Source: Eledone cirrhosa
Lineage: Eukaryota
Assembly (NCBI GenBank): GCA_964016885.1
Contig: OZ024743.1
Span: 182,776,001-182,840,000 of the forward strand
Length of the DNA: 64,000 nucleotides
Direction: 5' to 3'
In this document: positions 27,156 to 39,767 of the stretch, piece by piece
How the letters are laid out: each line of letters begins with the position of its first letter
Numbering within the stretch: the stretch's first letter is position 1
Notes under the pieces: model-generated
Told to the model about the DNA's origin: nothing
Databases searched by the model: none
What the model saw: only the letters and a program-made list of their open reading frames with translations
Position numbers and translations under genes: made by a program

Positions 27156-27664
27156 GAAAATTATTGTGTACAATGGTCAGGTGCATGTACAGTACATAGA
27201 ATAATGTACAAATGTCAGGAAAGTGAACAGTGTATTAAGAAACACGTGGTGGTACACTATATTAATAGTATTATAACTGCACTTTATTACCCCTTCCCCT
27301 AACTTTCTTAAGATATATTTTCTATGGTGTAGATTACGAATATGTTGATAACATTTTAAAAAGATAATTTCAATTTTTTATACTTTCATTATTGAATACA
27401 ATTTTGCTTGTTAATGCTTTCAGTAAACTAATGAATTATTATAAATACAAACGAAATAAATATGCTATTATAAACATGTTTCATATAAAAGTAGAATGTC
27501 ACACAGCACAAGGGACATCGGAACCTCCCCTTAATACTTTAAGATTTGTGTAAGTTTAGGTTAAACATAAATTCGGAAATTTGGCCACCATAACTTCTAA
27601 TCTTATATTGATAAATATCATGTCTGTAAATTTACATTTAAAAAAATATTATTATTATATTTTA

Positions 27665-28140
27665 CTGTGAAATCGTGTGTTGAAACATGTTATATTTGGT
27701 GATGGTCATGTTGCCAATAAAAACAGATTTTGATTTTCCCTTCGGCTTAGTTCGTCAAAGTTCTTTCATCACGTATTCTGTGAGTGACCTCCTCAATGTT
27801 TTCCTCTGTGTTTCTTCTTTCTGTTCTAATAGCAGACCTGTCAACTCTCCCCGTCCGACGAGGAGATCTCCTACCCACTTTGGGATGAGTGAGAAATGTC
27901 TTTTGTGAAAATGAGTATAGCTTTCATTATGTAAAATCTCCCCACTTTGCTTCATTTCTTCCCGTTTGGGGCACCTTTTTTCATGGTACTCTCCGTTTCG
28001 GTTTTTAGAGGTTGGAGGGTCAGTAATAGTTATTGAGAAGGTCACAGAATGTGTGACGAGAGAACTTTGACGAACTAACTAACAATAAAACTGAAGAGTA
28101 AACGAAAGTGTGTGTTATTGGTAATATGGCAACATGTTCG
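27665..28140. mobile_element. Foldback/MITE-like element
   Basis: TTAGTTCGTCAAAGTTCT..GTGACCTCCTCAA inverted at 28033-28078; related arm at 47130-47315. Confidence 0.6.
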
Positions 28141-28403
28141 TCTATACGTTTTGTTAGTACTCTGAGAATAGTTGGCTCGGGTATACTTTCAAACTATTAT
28201 TGAGTGATAAATGTAAGCATCAGTGATTATAGACAATGTATTTCCTATAGCCACGGTAACTAGACTATATTTATATATATTAAATTACGAGTCCAATACA
28301 AGCATAGAAAAACGGGCGAAAAACAATTATATTTATAAAACATTTAAGTATAAGTCAGTAGATTAGAATTTACCCCCATTTATTTGTTACAACACAATCG
28401 CTG

Positions 28404-28441
<38 letters not shown>

Positions 28442-28579
28442 GTGTTAAACAATATTCAATGATTATGTCAAAGAATGAATTTTACAGTAGATTGGAAGCA
28501 CTCTACCAAAAATAATTTTCCGGAGTTATTAATATTAAAATATAAATATAATAAAATAGATGTTCTTTTGATCAATTAC

Positions 28580-28632
28580 ATTTTATTATACATATTTCGG
28601 ATGTACAACAGTACGTCCTCATCAGACAAAAT
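28580..28632 (-). ncRNA. Minimal type I hammerhead ribozyme (mirror copy)
   Basis: Exact reverse complement of 28731-28783. Confidence 0.8.
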
Positions 28633-28730
28633 ATGATACATGACATACCCTGAGATGTTAAATGGTTAAGATTTAATCTACCTTGATTAAATCTTAACCA
28701 TTTAACATCTCAGGGTATGTCATGTATCAT

Positions 28731-28783
28731 ATTTTGTCTGATGAGGACGTACTGTTGTACATCCGAAATATGTATAATAAAAT
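28731..28783 (+). ncRNA. Minimal type I hammerhead ribozyme
   Basis: Stem I ATTTTGT/ATAAAAT; CTGATGA; stem II GGACGTAC-tgtt-GTACATCC; GAAA; short stem III TATGTA; AUA cleavage triplet ending at 28776. Confidence 0.8.
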
Positions 28784-29221
28784 GTAATTGATCAAAAGAA
28801 CATCTATTTTATTAATATTTATATTTTAATATATATATATATAACCTAGCGTAATGTATTCGACAAATTTCAATTCAGTTATATAATGTTTGCAATAACA
28901 AAGAAAAAGAAAGAGGGAAAAAATTAAATGACGAAAGTAAGGAAAAGGTTTAGGGGAAGGGAGAAAGGCAATGTTTAAATAAAAGAGAGGGAAAAAAACT
29001 GGAAACTTAAGAAGGAATACCAAACAGTACTAAAAAAACAAATCCTCGTTTAAAACAGTAATGAAAAAGAAGGGGTGAACAACCGAGCCAACGCCAGAGC
29101 AAAAGACAACAGCGAGGGGTACTGGGCGACTTCTCTAATGACTTTTGAGGGAAGCCAGCACACTCGCAGCGTTGCTCCGGCTGAGGTGCTGGAACAGCCA
29201 AGCGCCCTCGCGGGATTCGCC

Positions 29222-29260
<39 letters not shown>

Positions 29261-29267
<7 letters not shown>

Positions 29268-29337
29268 TCCCAAAAAATGTATACACACTTTGATTAGAAT
29301 GCTGTTGGAGTGTGTATACATTTTTGGGGACACCCTG
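29261..29337. mobile_element. 77-bp Tc1/mariner MITE
   Basis: TA|CAGAATGTCCCAAAAAATGTATACACACT ... AGTGTGTATACATTTTTGGGGACACCCTG|TA. Confidence 0.85.
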
Positions 29338-30997
29338 TATGTCACTTTTCTTTTTTGCGTAAAATAAGATTCAACCACAAAGTTGGGGTTGGGAATAGAC
29401 TGTAGTTATAGCACTATTGTAACACATGCGAACTATCACCACCATCACTACCACCACAAAAAACTCAATGAATGACTTACGTAGTGGTGGAAGGGCACGA
29501 CGGTTACTGAACGACGTACTACTAGCTGTTGGTTAATGAACGAAATACTACAAGTTGGTTGACAAAAGTGAAAGTAAAGCCCTCAATTTAATGCTCACAC
29601 CCCCATAAAATGTACAACAAATAGGCGCATACACAAAGAGAGTTAAGGAATCCGCCTCGTAACAAGTTACTTCTAGGTTCCATCACGTTCTGTGGCACCT
29701 TGGGAGTCTTCTACAATAGACTTGGGTTGACCAATGCCTTGGGGTGAAATTTCGTAGACGAAAACTATAGAGGTCTGTCGTATGTGGGCGGTGCGGGTGA
29801 TGTCCCATCTTTTCTCGTTCAGTGAGTTCATACACTCTTATTATTAGACTATTTTATTTACTCACAGTTACGGCGAAATTTTCAAATTCCGCTCGCCGTT
29901 ATCTAAACATGTTATATATACATATATATATAGATACGTGTGTGTTTATGTCCTGTAACATTAATAGTCCGACGAAGACGAGGTCGATAAAATAAGTACT
30001 ATTGTCGATATGTTAGACTAAAACATGTTGAAAGAATAATAATACCAAAATAATTCTTAGCTGCACTAAAATATCCACCATGTATGGAATACTGACAACA
30101 GTGGAGTGTGAAAGACATTTTCCCCACGGTCACTAAACTGATAATTAGGGAAGTTGGACAAAATATGACACGTTTAACACAGTTCGTTAAAATTTGAAAA
30201 ACCGTTTACACACACATTATATTATATATATATATATAAAGTGAACAGAAATTAGAAAACAAATGACAGTACATTGAAGAAATAATATATATATAGCAAA
30301 CTACAATTTTATCATATATAAGAAGTTGACTGGGCTTGCATGAGTTTCACTGCTAGTATCGGTTGCATCTCAGTGTACTCAATAGGTAATGTTATGTAAA
30401 AATCCCAGAGTAGACACAAAGTTATTGGCTTCAATACAACACACGTTTATTGCCTTAAAATAATCTAAAGGTATATTCCTTTTTTTTTTTTTTTTTGTGA
30501 GAAATCCTGGTGTAATTTAACGAGGCACCTCCTACCTTTATACAGTTTAGAGCCTCACCAAGTTTTGGCACTGATTTAAAGGGATAAGTGTACTTAACCC
30601 TGAGCTACCTGTCTTTAACATACAATTTATCATGTATATAAATACTTGGAACATGTTTGTTTTTTCAAGCCAGTTCTTGAATCTACATTGAAACCACCTT
30701 CAAATAAAAGTACGATGAAAATACAGAAGAAAAAAGTTATGTAGCACGAAAGAAAATTATATTTTTGATTAAATAAAGTTTCCAAAGTTGTTTATTTGCT
30801 CTTTTTTACCTCTCCGGAAATATATTTTTCATTTAACAACTTAAATATACTTTAAAATCAAACTGGCAAATTCTTTCAGAATGAAAATATAAACATATAA
30901 TAAATACAACTAAGTATTGAGATGTTCCTAGAAATAGTTAATTGTATTTAATATTTATATATTTTGATTCAGAAAGAATTGTGAACAATTTCTAATG

Positions 30998-31038
<41 letters not shown>

Positions 31039-31199
31039 AAATATAAAGATTTGTAATGTTATTTGTGTATATATTTAAAATAATATATATATATATATAT
31101 AACTGTGAATATAATTTTCGTTAGACCTAACAACTGACAAATTTCTTCAGCAAACGCAGGTTTAAAGCAAAAGGTCAAAAGATATAATATTGGTCTTAC

Positions 31200-31343
31200 T
31201 TGAAGTGAAGAGGAAAAACAATCGGATAATTTTGTACAAGTAGAGACTATTTTTTTAGCTAACATTTCCATTGTAGGGTGAACATAAAGCAACACAGGAG
31301 GCAGGCCTGTCTCTGTCCGAGTTTTATATTTTTCTGGATTCAT
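31200..31343 (-). CDS. First coding exon of the PRS4-like gene
   Basis: ATG..MNPEKYKTRTETGLPPVLLYVHPTMEMLAKKIVSTC..SLQ|gtaaga, phase 0; VLLYVHPTMEMLAKKI resembles the PRS N-terminal strand-helix. Confidence 0.75.
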
Positions 31344-31731
31344 TTTATATTATATTTTAGTTGCAGCCCTTAAGTAAAGTCTAAAGAGAAAGTTTCGCAA
31401 CTGATCCGTTAATTAAATATAGTTGAAGATATTTACATTAGTTTCTTGCAGGGGAAATAACAACTTTGGACATATCTAAGTTTCATTTTCACTTGTAAAT
31501 TCTTTGAAAGATAACATTTTTTTTTCTTTCGAACTTGTGAATTCCTGAAAAAATAATATTTTCACTTTACTTAGAATATTCATGATGTAATTAAGTGATA
31601 TTTTCTGACATTGTACTGTTATAATAATTTAACTAGAAGATTACTTTTAAAATATTACAAAGAACGGAGTTAATTTGAGTGAGAACACTCAATGTTTATA
31701 AGGTTGCTTAGATACTTGTACTACATGTAGG

Positions 31732-31767
<36 letters not shown>

Positions 31768-33679
31768 AACCTTGTCGCGTGACTCGGAGTTGTGTAGATG
31801 TTATAATAAATGAATTGATCTACTAAATAATTAATAATAATAGCTTTAGTTACAATGTAAGTGGCTATTAATAAACCTAACAACTGTACCGAGAGCAGGA
31901 AACTAAATATAGAAATGATCCTAGAATACAGTTTTTATAATAATTTACCCAGTGGCTTTCTTCGGACCTTAATGCCGCATACCAACGAACTGGCTCCACC
32001 CCTCGACAGTTTAGTAAATATCTTTATTATTCACAATTGTCTAAATAACGTTACAATTTGTTTATAATTATTTCAGAAGGAAAATATACTCATAAATAAT
32101 TTATACAATACTTAATTACATAAATATTCCACATTAAAATATAAATTCAAAACGAAATAAAATATATTATAATCATGATGTTTCACATAAAAATAGAATT
32201 TGTGGAACCTTATAAATATAATACACATGGAAATATAGAATCGAAGGGGGAAAAAAAACTATTCAATACTGGGTGCCTCAGTTGGTCATACACCACAAGG
32301 AGTGACAGAGCCTCCATCTAATTTTTTTTAGATAAGCCAATATGCTCGCAGTAGTGGACTGGGGTCTGGAGGACTTATCTGGTGATGGGTAAAGTGTTAG
32401 GACATAGGTTGTGTATAGCAGGGAAAGGTAGTGCATACTAGATGTATGCTTCAACCCTTGCCCATGGGCAGGTGGGTCTTCTATATTACTGCATAACGCC
32501 AGAGATCATGATCCTGTTTTATCACCTTTGAGAGATGTAATTGTGCAAGGTCAACTTTTATCACCTCATCCCAAGTCTTCCTACTACATAGCTTCCATCA
32601 ACTTTGAGTAACCTGCACCTTTTTATACAGCTGTCATCCTTCATATGTATCTCATGTCCATATCACCACATCTTCTCACATTATATCCTATCAACTCACC
32701 CAGCTACAATATATAGTACCAGTGATACAGGAGGGGCATTATGTCCTATCAACTCACCCAGCTACAATATATAGTACCAATGATACAGGAGGGGCAATAA
32801 TGCCCCTCCTATCTACTTGCCCAGCTGCAAGAAAGATGCAATTGTCAATAAAACAGTACTGTTATTTTTATGAGTGCTAAACTGTGTAACTTCTGTTTAC
32901 TTTATGGCTAGAAGCTGGCTATTGAGAGTTGTATGCTATCATAACAATGCTAACAGGATATAAAAGACTTGTTGATTTGGTCAGTTGCTACTCTGTCGTT
33001 TATTTACAATATTTTTACCTCTATCTCTTCCTCACACAAACCAGTCTCATGAAATCAACAGGTTATTGACATCTTGATGTTGTTTCAATGAAAACATCTA
33101 AAATAGGAGGAATTTGCTTACTGAGTGGGACGGACCTTGTCGAATGTTTCCACTGCTGATACTATCTACAGGCAGCAACAGCAATATGAAATAAAGTATC
33201 TTGCTCAAGGACATAATGCATTACCCAGTCTGGGAATCAAATTCGCAACTTCGCAATTGCAAATCTAATTAACTAAGAGTTACTGACCTCTCAGATGGGC
33301 CGAGAGCCTACATCTCACATATTTTCCTGCACGGGATACATTTTATCATGGCACCCACACTAAGGAGGCAGTTATGTCTTTGACACAGCTGAAAATCCTA
33401 ACTGCCTAAAAGGTCAGTAGCTCTGCTTAAGTACTGATTGTGGAGACCCATCCAACTCAAGTAAAATGGACTTTAAATGATGATGATGATCACTACCACT
33501 TCTACTCTTGCCACCACCACTATTGCTAATCTTGCCATCACTACTACTCTTACCAACACCAACACCACCACTACTCTTGCCACCATTACCAGCACCACTA
33601 CTACTACTCTTGCCACCATTACCACCACCCTATTCATTTATAACAAGAAAAGAAGATATTTTCATCTCATCTGACTTAA

Positions 33680-34020
33680 TTCATTTCATCATTTCATTTC
33701 ATTTTACGTCCGCTTTTCCCTGCATGCAAGGGTGGGACGGGAACTGATTCTGGCTTGATTTCTACAGCTGGATGCCCTTCCTAACACCAACCTCATTTAC
33801 AGTGAGTGCTGGGTGCTTTTATGCCGTGGCACCTCCACGACCACTTTGCAGTGGAATGATATGGACCCCAGTCCGATCATCTCATTTCTACAGCTGAGTA
33901 AACTGGAGCAATGTGAAATAAAGTGCCTTGCTCAAGGAAACAACACATCACCCGGTCTGAGAATTGAACTCACAACCTTTCGATTGCAAGGCCAATGCTC
34001 TAACCACTAAGCCATGTGCC
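33680..34020 (-). mobile_element. SINE family B
   Basis: Reverse complement of 22780-23120. Confidence 0.9.
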
Positions 34021-34094
34021 TTATTTAAATAATATCATAATGAAACAACAAATTCCACTGATGACACATAGATGAAAATAAAAAAAAACTTTTC

Positions 34095-34480
34095 TTCTTC
34101 ACCCACTTATTCCTGAGAGGGTCGTTGGGGTAGAGTCCTCAAACACTTCTTCCAGAGGGTCCTGTCAGAAGCAACCGTCTCCAACTGATCTGGCTGAATC
34201 CCCAAGTGAGACCAGCCAAGCTCATGGATGTTATCCAACCATCTAGCTCGGGGTCTACCCCTGGGTCTCTTGCCGGTTGGTTTTGCTCATAAAATCTCTC
34301 CAGCGATTCTTTCCTGAGATATTCTAACCACACGGCCATAGTATCTGAACTGTGATCTCTTAATTCAGAGAAGTAGTGGCTCTACCTGGAGTGACTCTCT
34401 GATCTCTGAGTTATACACTCTCTTAAGTAACATTACTTCAAAGACCTTTCGGAGGAGCCCCATTTCAGCCATTTGTATGT
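34095..34480 (-). mobile_element. RTE-type LINE 3' fragment
   Basis: GR..RPRGRPR.RW.DNI-like end; related fragment at 6500-6640. Confidence 0.6.
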
Positions 34481-34666
34481 AAATAAAAAAATTGAAAAAT
34501 AAAAATAAAAATAATTATTTTATTAACATAGATCCAGAAGATTATCATGGATTTATATATATATAATTTTATTTCATAATCAACATTATTTCATAATCAA
34601 CACAAAAAATGACTAGCCACAGAAAAGATTTTTGGAAACATAGACATACATATTATAAACACAACG

Positions 34667-34700
<34 letters not shown>

Positions 34701-35903
34701 CTAGCTGCAGTACCCGGTAAAGGTAGGGTTATTCGCAATTCCCAGAGTACGCCTGAAAATGCTAGTGACCCTGGGTGCCCATACTGGATTTTCAATAGCA
34801 ACCTTTGCTAGGTGTTTATGGCAGATCAATTTTTTGTGTGGAACTATCAATAGTTGTTTAAGCCATAAGTCCTTCTTCCAACCAGCTTTCTTATTCAAAG
34901 AGGGAATAAGCCAGGGAAGTTTGAGCTTATTCAACAAACTTATGTATAAGAATAACAAACTTACTGCCTTAGCGTTCAAGAACAAACAGAACAATTGAGG
35001 AAGTCATCGCAATTATTGAAGAAATTATAACCAAGTAAACATATTCAGGTACTGCTCAAGCAGCCTGTGTATCACTGTTTGTAAAGCCCTTCAAATGACT
35101 GAAGCAACTCAATAAAACCATCCCGTTTTTCCCCTATAGTAGACATAACCCGAGAAAAACACACCATAAGTCGGATAAACTATCAGAAGTGTTGGCCCTA
35201 AAGAGGTCCTTGTAACATTCACTGTTGCAAAGTGTCAATAATAGGGGAGAAGTTACATCTTAATTCGTGTTAATCTCCCCATGATCCGACACCTGGAAAT
35301 ATCGACAAAATAGACTTTACTCTCAAATATGGCATGTTACAATTGACATGCCGGGAGTACGACTAATCTCATGGTAAGCCAACTTCCAGGTCGTCATTGA
35401 TCATCACACTTTTTTGTAACTTAACACTGATTCCTGCAGTTGACCTTAATGTGACCTAAGCATGTGCACATGTTCAGAATCCATATCAGTGGATGTGAGA
35501 TATATATATATATATATATATATACAGAGACATCTGTTCAGTCGTCAACCAAAATTAGATTGTCGCCTGCTTTGTTTGGAATTTCTAATAAGTTGTTGCC
35601 TCGTTTTGGAGAACTGAGTTGTGGGAGGAGGAAGGAGAGTAGAGGGAGGGAGGGTTTAACATACAGTCGTAGTATCTCCTCTTCCCCATCTCTCACTGAA
35701 ACGTCTTCTCTTTCCTCCTCCATTGTAAAGATGTCCCCAGGAGTTCCAGCATTGATTTTTATTGAAATCCAATTAGCCAGTCCTGTTTCTGAATATTAGC
35801 TTAATATGTGTGTAAAGTTTCATCAGGATCAGATCACTGGTGTAGGTGCCAACTGGTTATACACATTACACAGACAGACAGAAATTGCCATTTATATAGT
35901 AGA
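34701..35903 (-). mobile_element. Non-autonomous Helitron (~1.2 kb)
   Basis: Minus strand A|TCTACTATATAAATGGC..(TCTG)n start; ACCC..GGGT hairpin and CTAG|T end. Confidence 0.6.
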
Positions 35904-35966
35904 TTATATATATATATAATCCATTTGCAACCACGCAGCATGCAATTTCTTCATATATTTATATAT

Positions 35967-36312
35967 GGAGGCACATGGCTTAGTGGTTAGAGCATTGGCC
36001 TTGCAATCGAAAGGTTGTGAGTTCAATTCTCAGACCGGGTGATGTGTTGTTTCCTTGAGCAAGACACTTTATTTCACATTGCTCCAGTTTACTCAGCTGT
36101 AGAAATGAGATGATAGGGACTGGGGTCCCTATCATTCCACTGCAAAGTGGTCGTGGAGATGCCACGGCAAAAAAGCACCCAGCACTCACTGTAAATGAGG
36201 TTGGTGTTAGGAAGGGCATCCAGCTGTAGAAATCAAGCCAGAATCAGTTCCCATCCCACCCTTGCAAGCAGGGAAAAGCAGACGTAAAATGAAATGATGA
36301 TGAATGAAATGA
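35967..36312 (+). mobile_element. SINE family B
   Basis: Near-identical to 22780-23120. Confidence 0.9.
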
Positions 36313-36768
36313 TTTTCCTCCGCTGTGACCCATCTGTTTCTTTCTTACTGCTTCCCCTTTCTCTATATCTCTCACTTTCTTTTTACTCCCTCTGCCAGTC
36401 ACTCTCTCAGTTAGCCTCTTCCTCACACTCACTCACTCTCTGATACTCCCTCTCCCTCACTTCCCCCCGTTTGACCTGTGTGAAATTTTTTTCTCGCTCA
36501 CATTTCACCCAGGTTGGATGGTCTTTATCTCTCGCCTACGATTTCACAGAACTTAAGTTCATCGATTTCAGGGACTTGACTCCTCCTTCCTCACTTTTCG
36601 TTGCATTACCATCTCTGTTTGTTTACATGTCTCGCTCGTTTCCCCCTATTTTACGTGTCCCAACGACTTTCTTTAGCCGTTGCTCGCACTAACCAGAGGT
36701 ATATGGTCTTTAAAGCGATGAAATACCAATGAAGGCTGGAAGATCACTGATGAAGGACTAATTTTATT

Positions 36769-36843
<75 letters not shown>

Positions 36844-39767
36844 ATAAATTGTGAGCTAATGATGGAGCTTCTTTGAGGTCACTCACCCTGCTGCTAGTAA
36901 TAGCAGCCAAACCTCCCTCAATCCATACCCAATAGATCAGCTTCTTTAGAGGCTGACCTCAGTTTAAACAATAACAACAACAATAACATATTATTTATGT
37001 ATATACATATGTAGATTGAGAAAAAAACATTAACTGAAATGAAATACTGATGTGTTTTGAACCCAAATGAATTTTTTTTTACGGGGGGGGGGGGGGGGGT
37101 TCCTCCTCCCCAAGATTTTGTTTGATTGGAAAAATAAAGAACTACGAAGAACTGACAAAATTTCCCTACGTGGTTATTTTTTGTTTATGTACCACAGTTG
37201 CAACTTAGTGCTTGAGTCTAAATTCTGTCTCAAGCCAGGATGATCGTTAAGCCGCCACTTATCCCAGTTTCATTGCGTGAAGCAACTGAGAGTACATATC
37301 TCCCCTGAACAGGACATCAGTCCATCGCAGAGTTAAACCCCCCAGGTACTCCTTCAGGTAAGTATACTGGAGCAGCATGAAATGAAGCGTTTTGCTCAAG
37401 AACACAAATCAGGAATCGAACTCATGACATTATGATTGTAAGTCCAACACCCTTACCATAATTAAAATGTTTTTTCATATAATTATTTAGTTTTCATTAT
37501 TTTTGTGACTGGTTATAAGGGACAGATGCCAAAGGTCTCCTTCAACTGAAACAATATACAATGGACAAAATGTTAAATACCACCAGTGTTACATTTAAAC
37601 TTAGTCCTTAACTCTTAACATCCTGTAATGTTTTGGCAGAAAATATCTTAAAATGGGTTCGTTAATTCAAATGTTTATAGTATCTTTAGTGGTTGAGCAG
37701 ATCGTTGTGAAAATTTGCACTATGAGAGTAAACACTTTGAATTTTTAATGCAAGCCTAGAAAAGTGGATATATGATGATGTCCACTTTTCCACGCCAGTA
37801 CGGTTGAATGGGTCTAGACCAAATCAGTTCCGAAGCAAAGCCACTGATCTCCAGGCAGGCCAGGGACCTGAAACTCGCTTTACATACGGTCGATGCTCCA
37901 CCAAGTGCACATTAGAGGTTGTCTCGGTGGTGTGTTAAAATAATCGTTATATTAAAAATAAATAATTTTTCATAAACATATTCCATGGCAGATATTGCAC
38001 TTTTAGTTTTAAAAGTTCAGTTTTTTTTATAAAATCTTCTTATCCAGAAATGAATAAAATAATTAAACTCTAAACGACATCAAGGTAATTTTACTTAATA
38101 TCTATATCACTGTTAACATAACAAAATTTACCTGGGAATGGAGTCTGTCTGACTCTCTGTGAGTGTGTGAGTGTTAAATATGTACATACTAGCCTAGAAC
38201 CTGTCAAAAATTAGAGTGTATAGTAAAAAAAAATTCAATTTAATAATTTCTTGATTACAACATTGAAGATGCTTAAATCTTCAAGTTTTCCTTCATCTTT
38301 GTAAACTTCAATCTACCTTTTTTTCTTCTTCTTGATGGTAGTAGTAGTAGTAAAAACTTTTCTTTTTTTTTCAGAAGAGAGAAAACTATGTAACTATTTC
38401 CTAGACTGCTAAACATACAATTTCTTGTGTTCTATTTTTTCAGAAACATTAAATCGATTTTATTATCTCATACAGGCTTCTATGTGTAATTACCTAATAC
38501 ATTAATTTACATATTTTTTACACAAGAGAGAGAGAGACAAATAGACAGACAGACAGAGAGAGGGAGTCCATTATCTAATTCAATGCCACCTTTACAATAA
38601 GTTCATTCACATGAGAATTTAATCCAGAAAAATATCTGTTAGATTGCTTTCATACATATTTTACATGTCAAATGTTATTCATAAGTCTAAAAAGCAAGTA
38701 ATAAATATGATTTTAACAAGTCAGGAAGCCTGGTAAATTTAATAGAGTTAGAAAAGAAAATATTGTTATAATCTTGGCAGAAATAAAGTCACTGAATATA
38801 CAGTATAACTAAATGGAAGCTTCAAGGGAATTTGTTGCTTTACCCCCCACCCCCACCATCAAAATACCAAACAGTAAATGTAATTATGTATGAATGAAAC
38901 ATGAGACTCTTTCAAATAGCCATACAAAAACAATATATATAAATATTATATAGACTGTCTGTGGTACAAAGACTGGGAAGACCACAAATAAGAGTAATAT
39001 TCAATGCATGGCTTGAAGCAGAGTCGGTATATTTGTGAAATGGAGTATCGACTGCAAGATTGAGTGTTTGTGGTATGGAGACTGGGAAGACCACAAATCA
39101 GAGTAGTACTCTATACATAGTAAGATATAGAGTCGGTATATTAGTGAGGTAGAGAATCAACCGCAAGCTGAGACAGTTTCAGCTAATAACCTCTTCAAAA
39201 AAGGTAAGAATCTCTCAAGAGAGCTGGATAGCTTGCAGTCAATAGTAGTCTACCTCATTAAATATTTTATATATATAACCCATGCTAGCGTCGAAAATGG
39301 ACGTTAAACGTTAGAGAGAAATATCCTGTTATTTGTTTTCAAAACACTAGTCACTACCTGAAAACAACGTTGAACCTCACACAGATGATGATGAAAGAAA
39401 CACAATAAGTGGATGGAGGCTGTGTTGCAAAAGACCCTTCCAACCCATGCAAATATGAAAAAAATGCACATAGTAAAATAATACTGGTGATCTATTCACC
39501 TTTAATCAGGATTTAATCATTCATTATGAAACATTGTCATGCCCAAGTCTATTACACATCTGTTTGTTAATCATTGGTGTGTCAACATTATAATTTATAC
39601 ACAGACCAGTAAAGAAAAAAATATTAAATTCCCCAAATTATATAACTCTTTCACAGATTTACTTATTAGCACCTAATTAGATTCACATAAAAATACATTT
39701 AAAAATAATTATAGCAGTTCAAAGAAATAATGTTCCTTTTCTTTTAAAACAAAAAGTTTAAGAAATA

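Larger units (their letters stand above)
28549..28814. repeat. Perfect palindrome, 130-bp arms, 6-nt loop (probable Penelope-like terminal remnant)
   Basis: 28549-28678 is the reverse complement of 28685-28814; loop TACCTT; extends ~17 bp further with one indel. Confidence 0.97.

Noticed and set aside
31059-31199. C-terminal half of the 94-aa ORF
   Set aside because: Read-through past the donor at 31199 into intron and TA repeat
34045-34080. CTGATGA..GAAA as hammerhead (also CTGATGA near 26638, 36747, 59249)
   Set aside because: No convincing stems or no downstream GAAA
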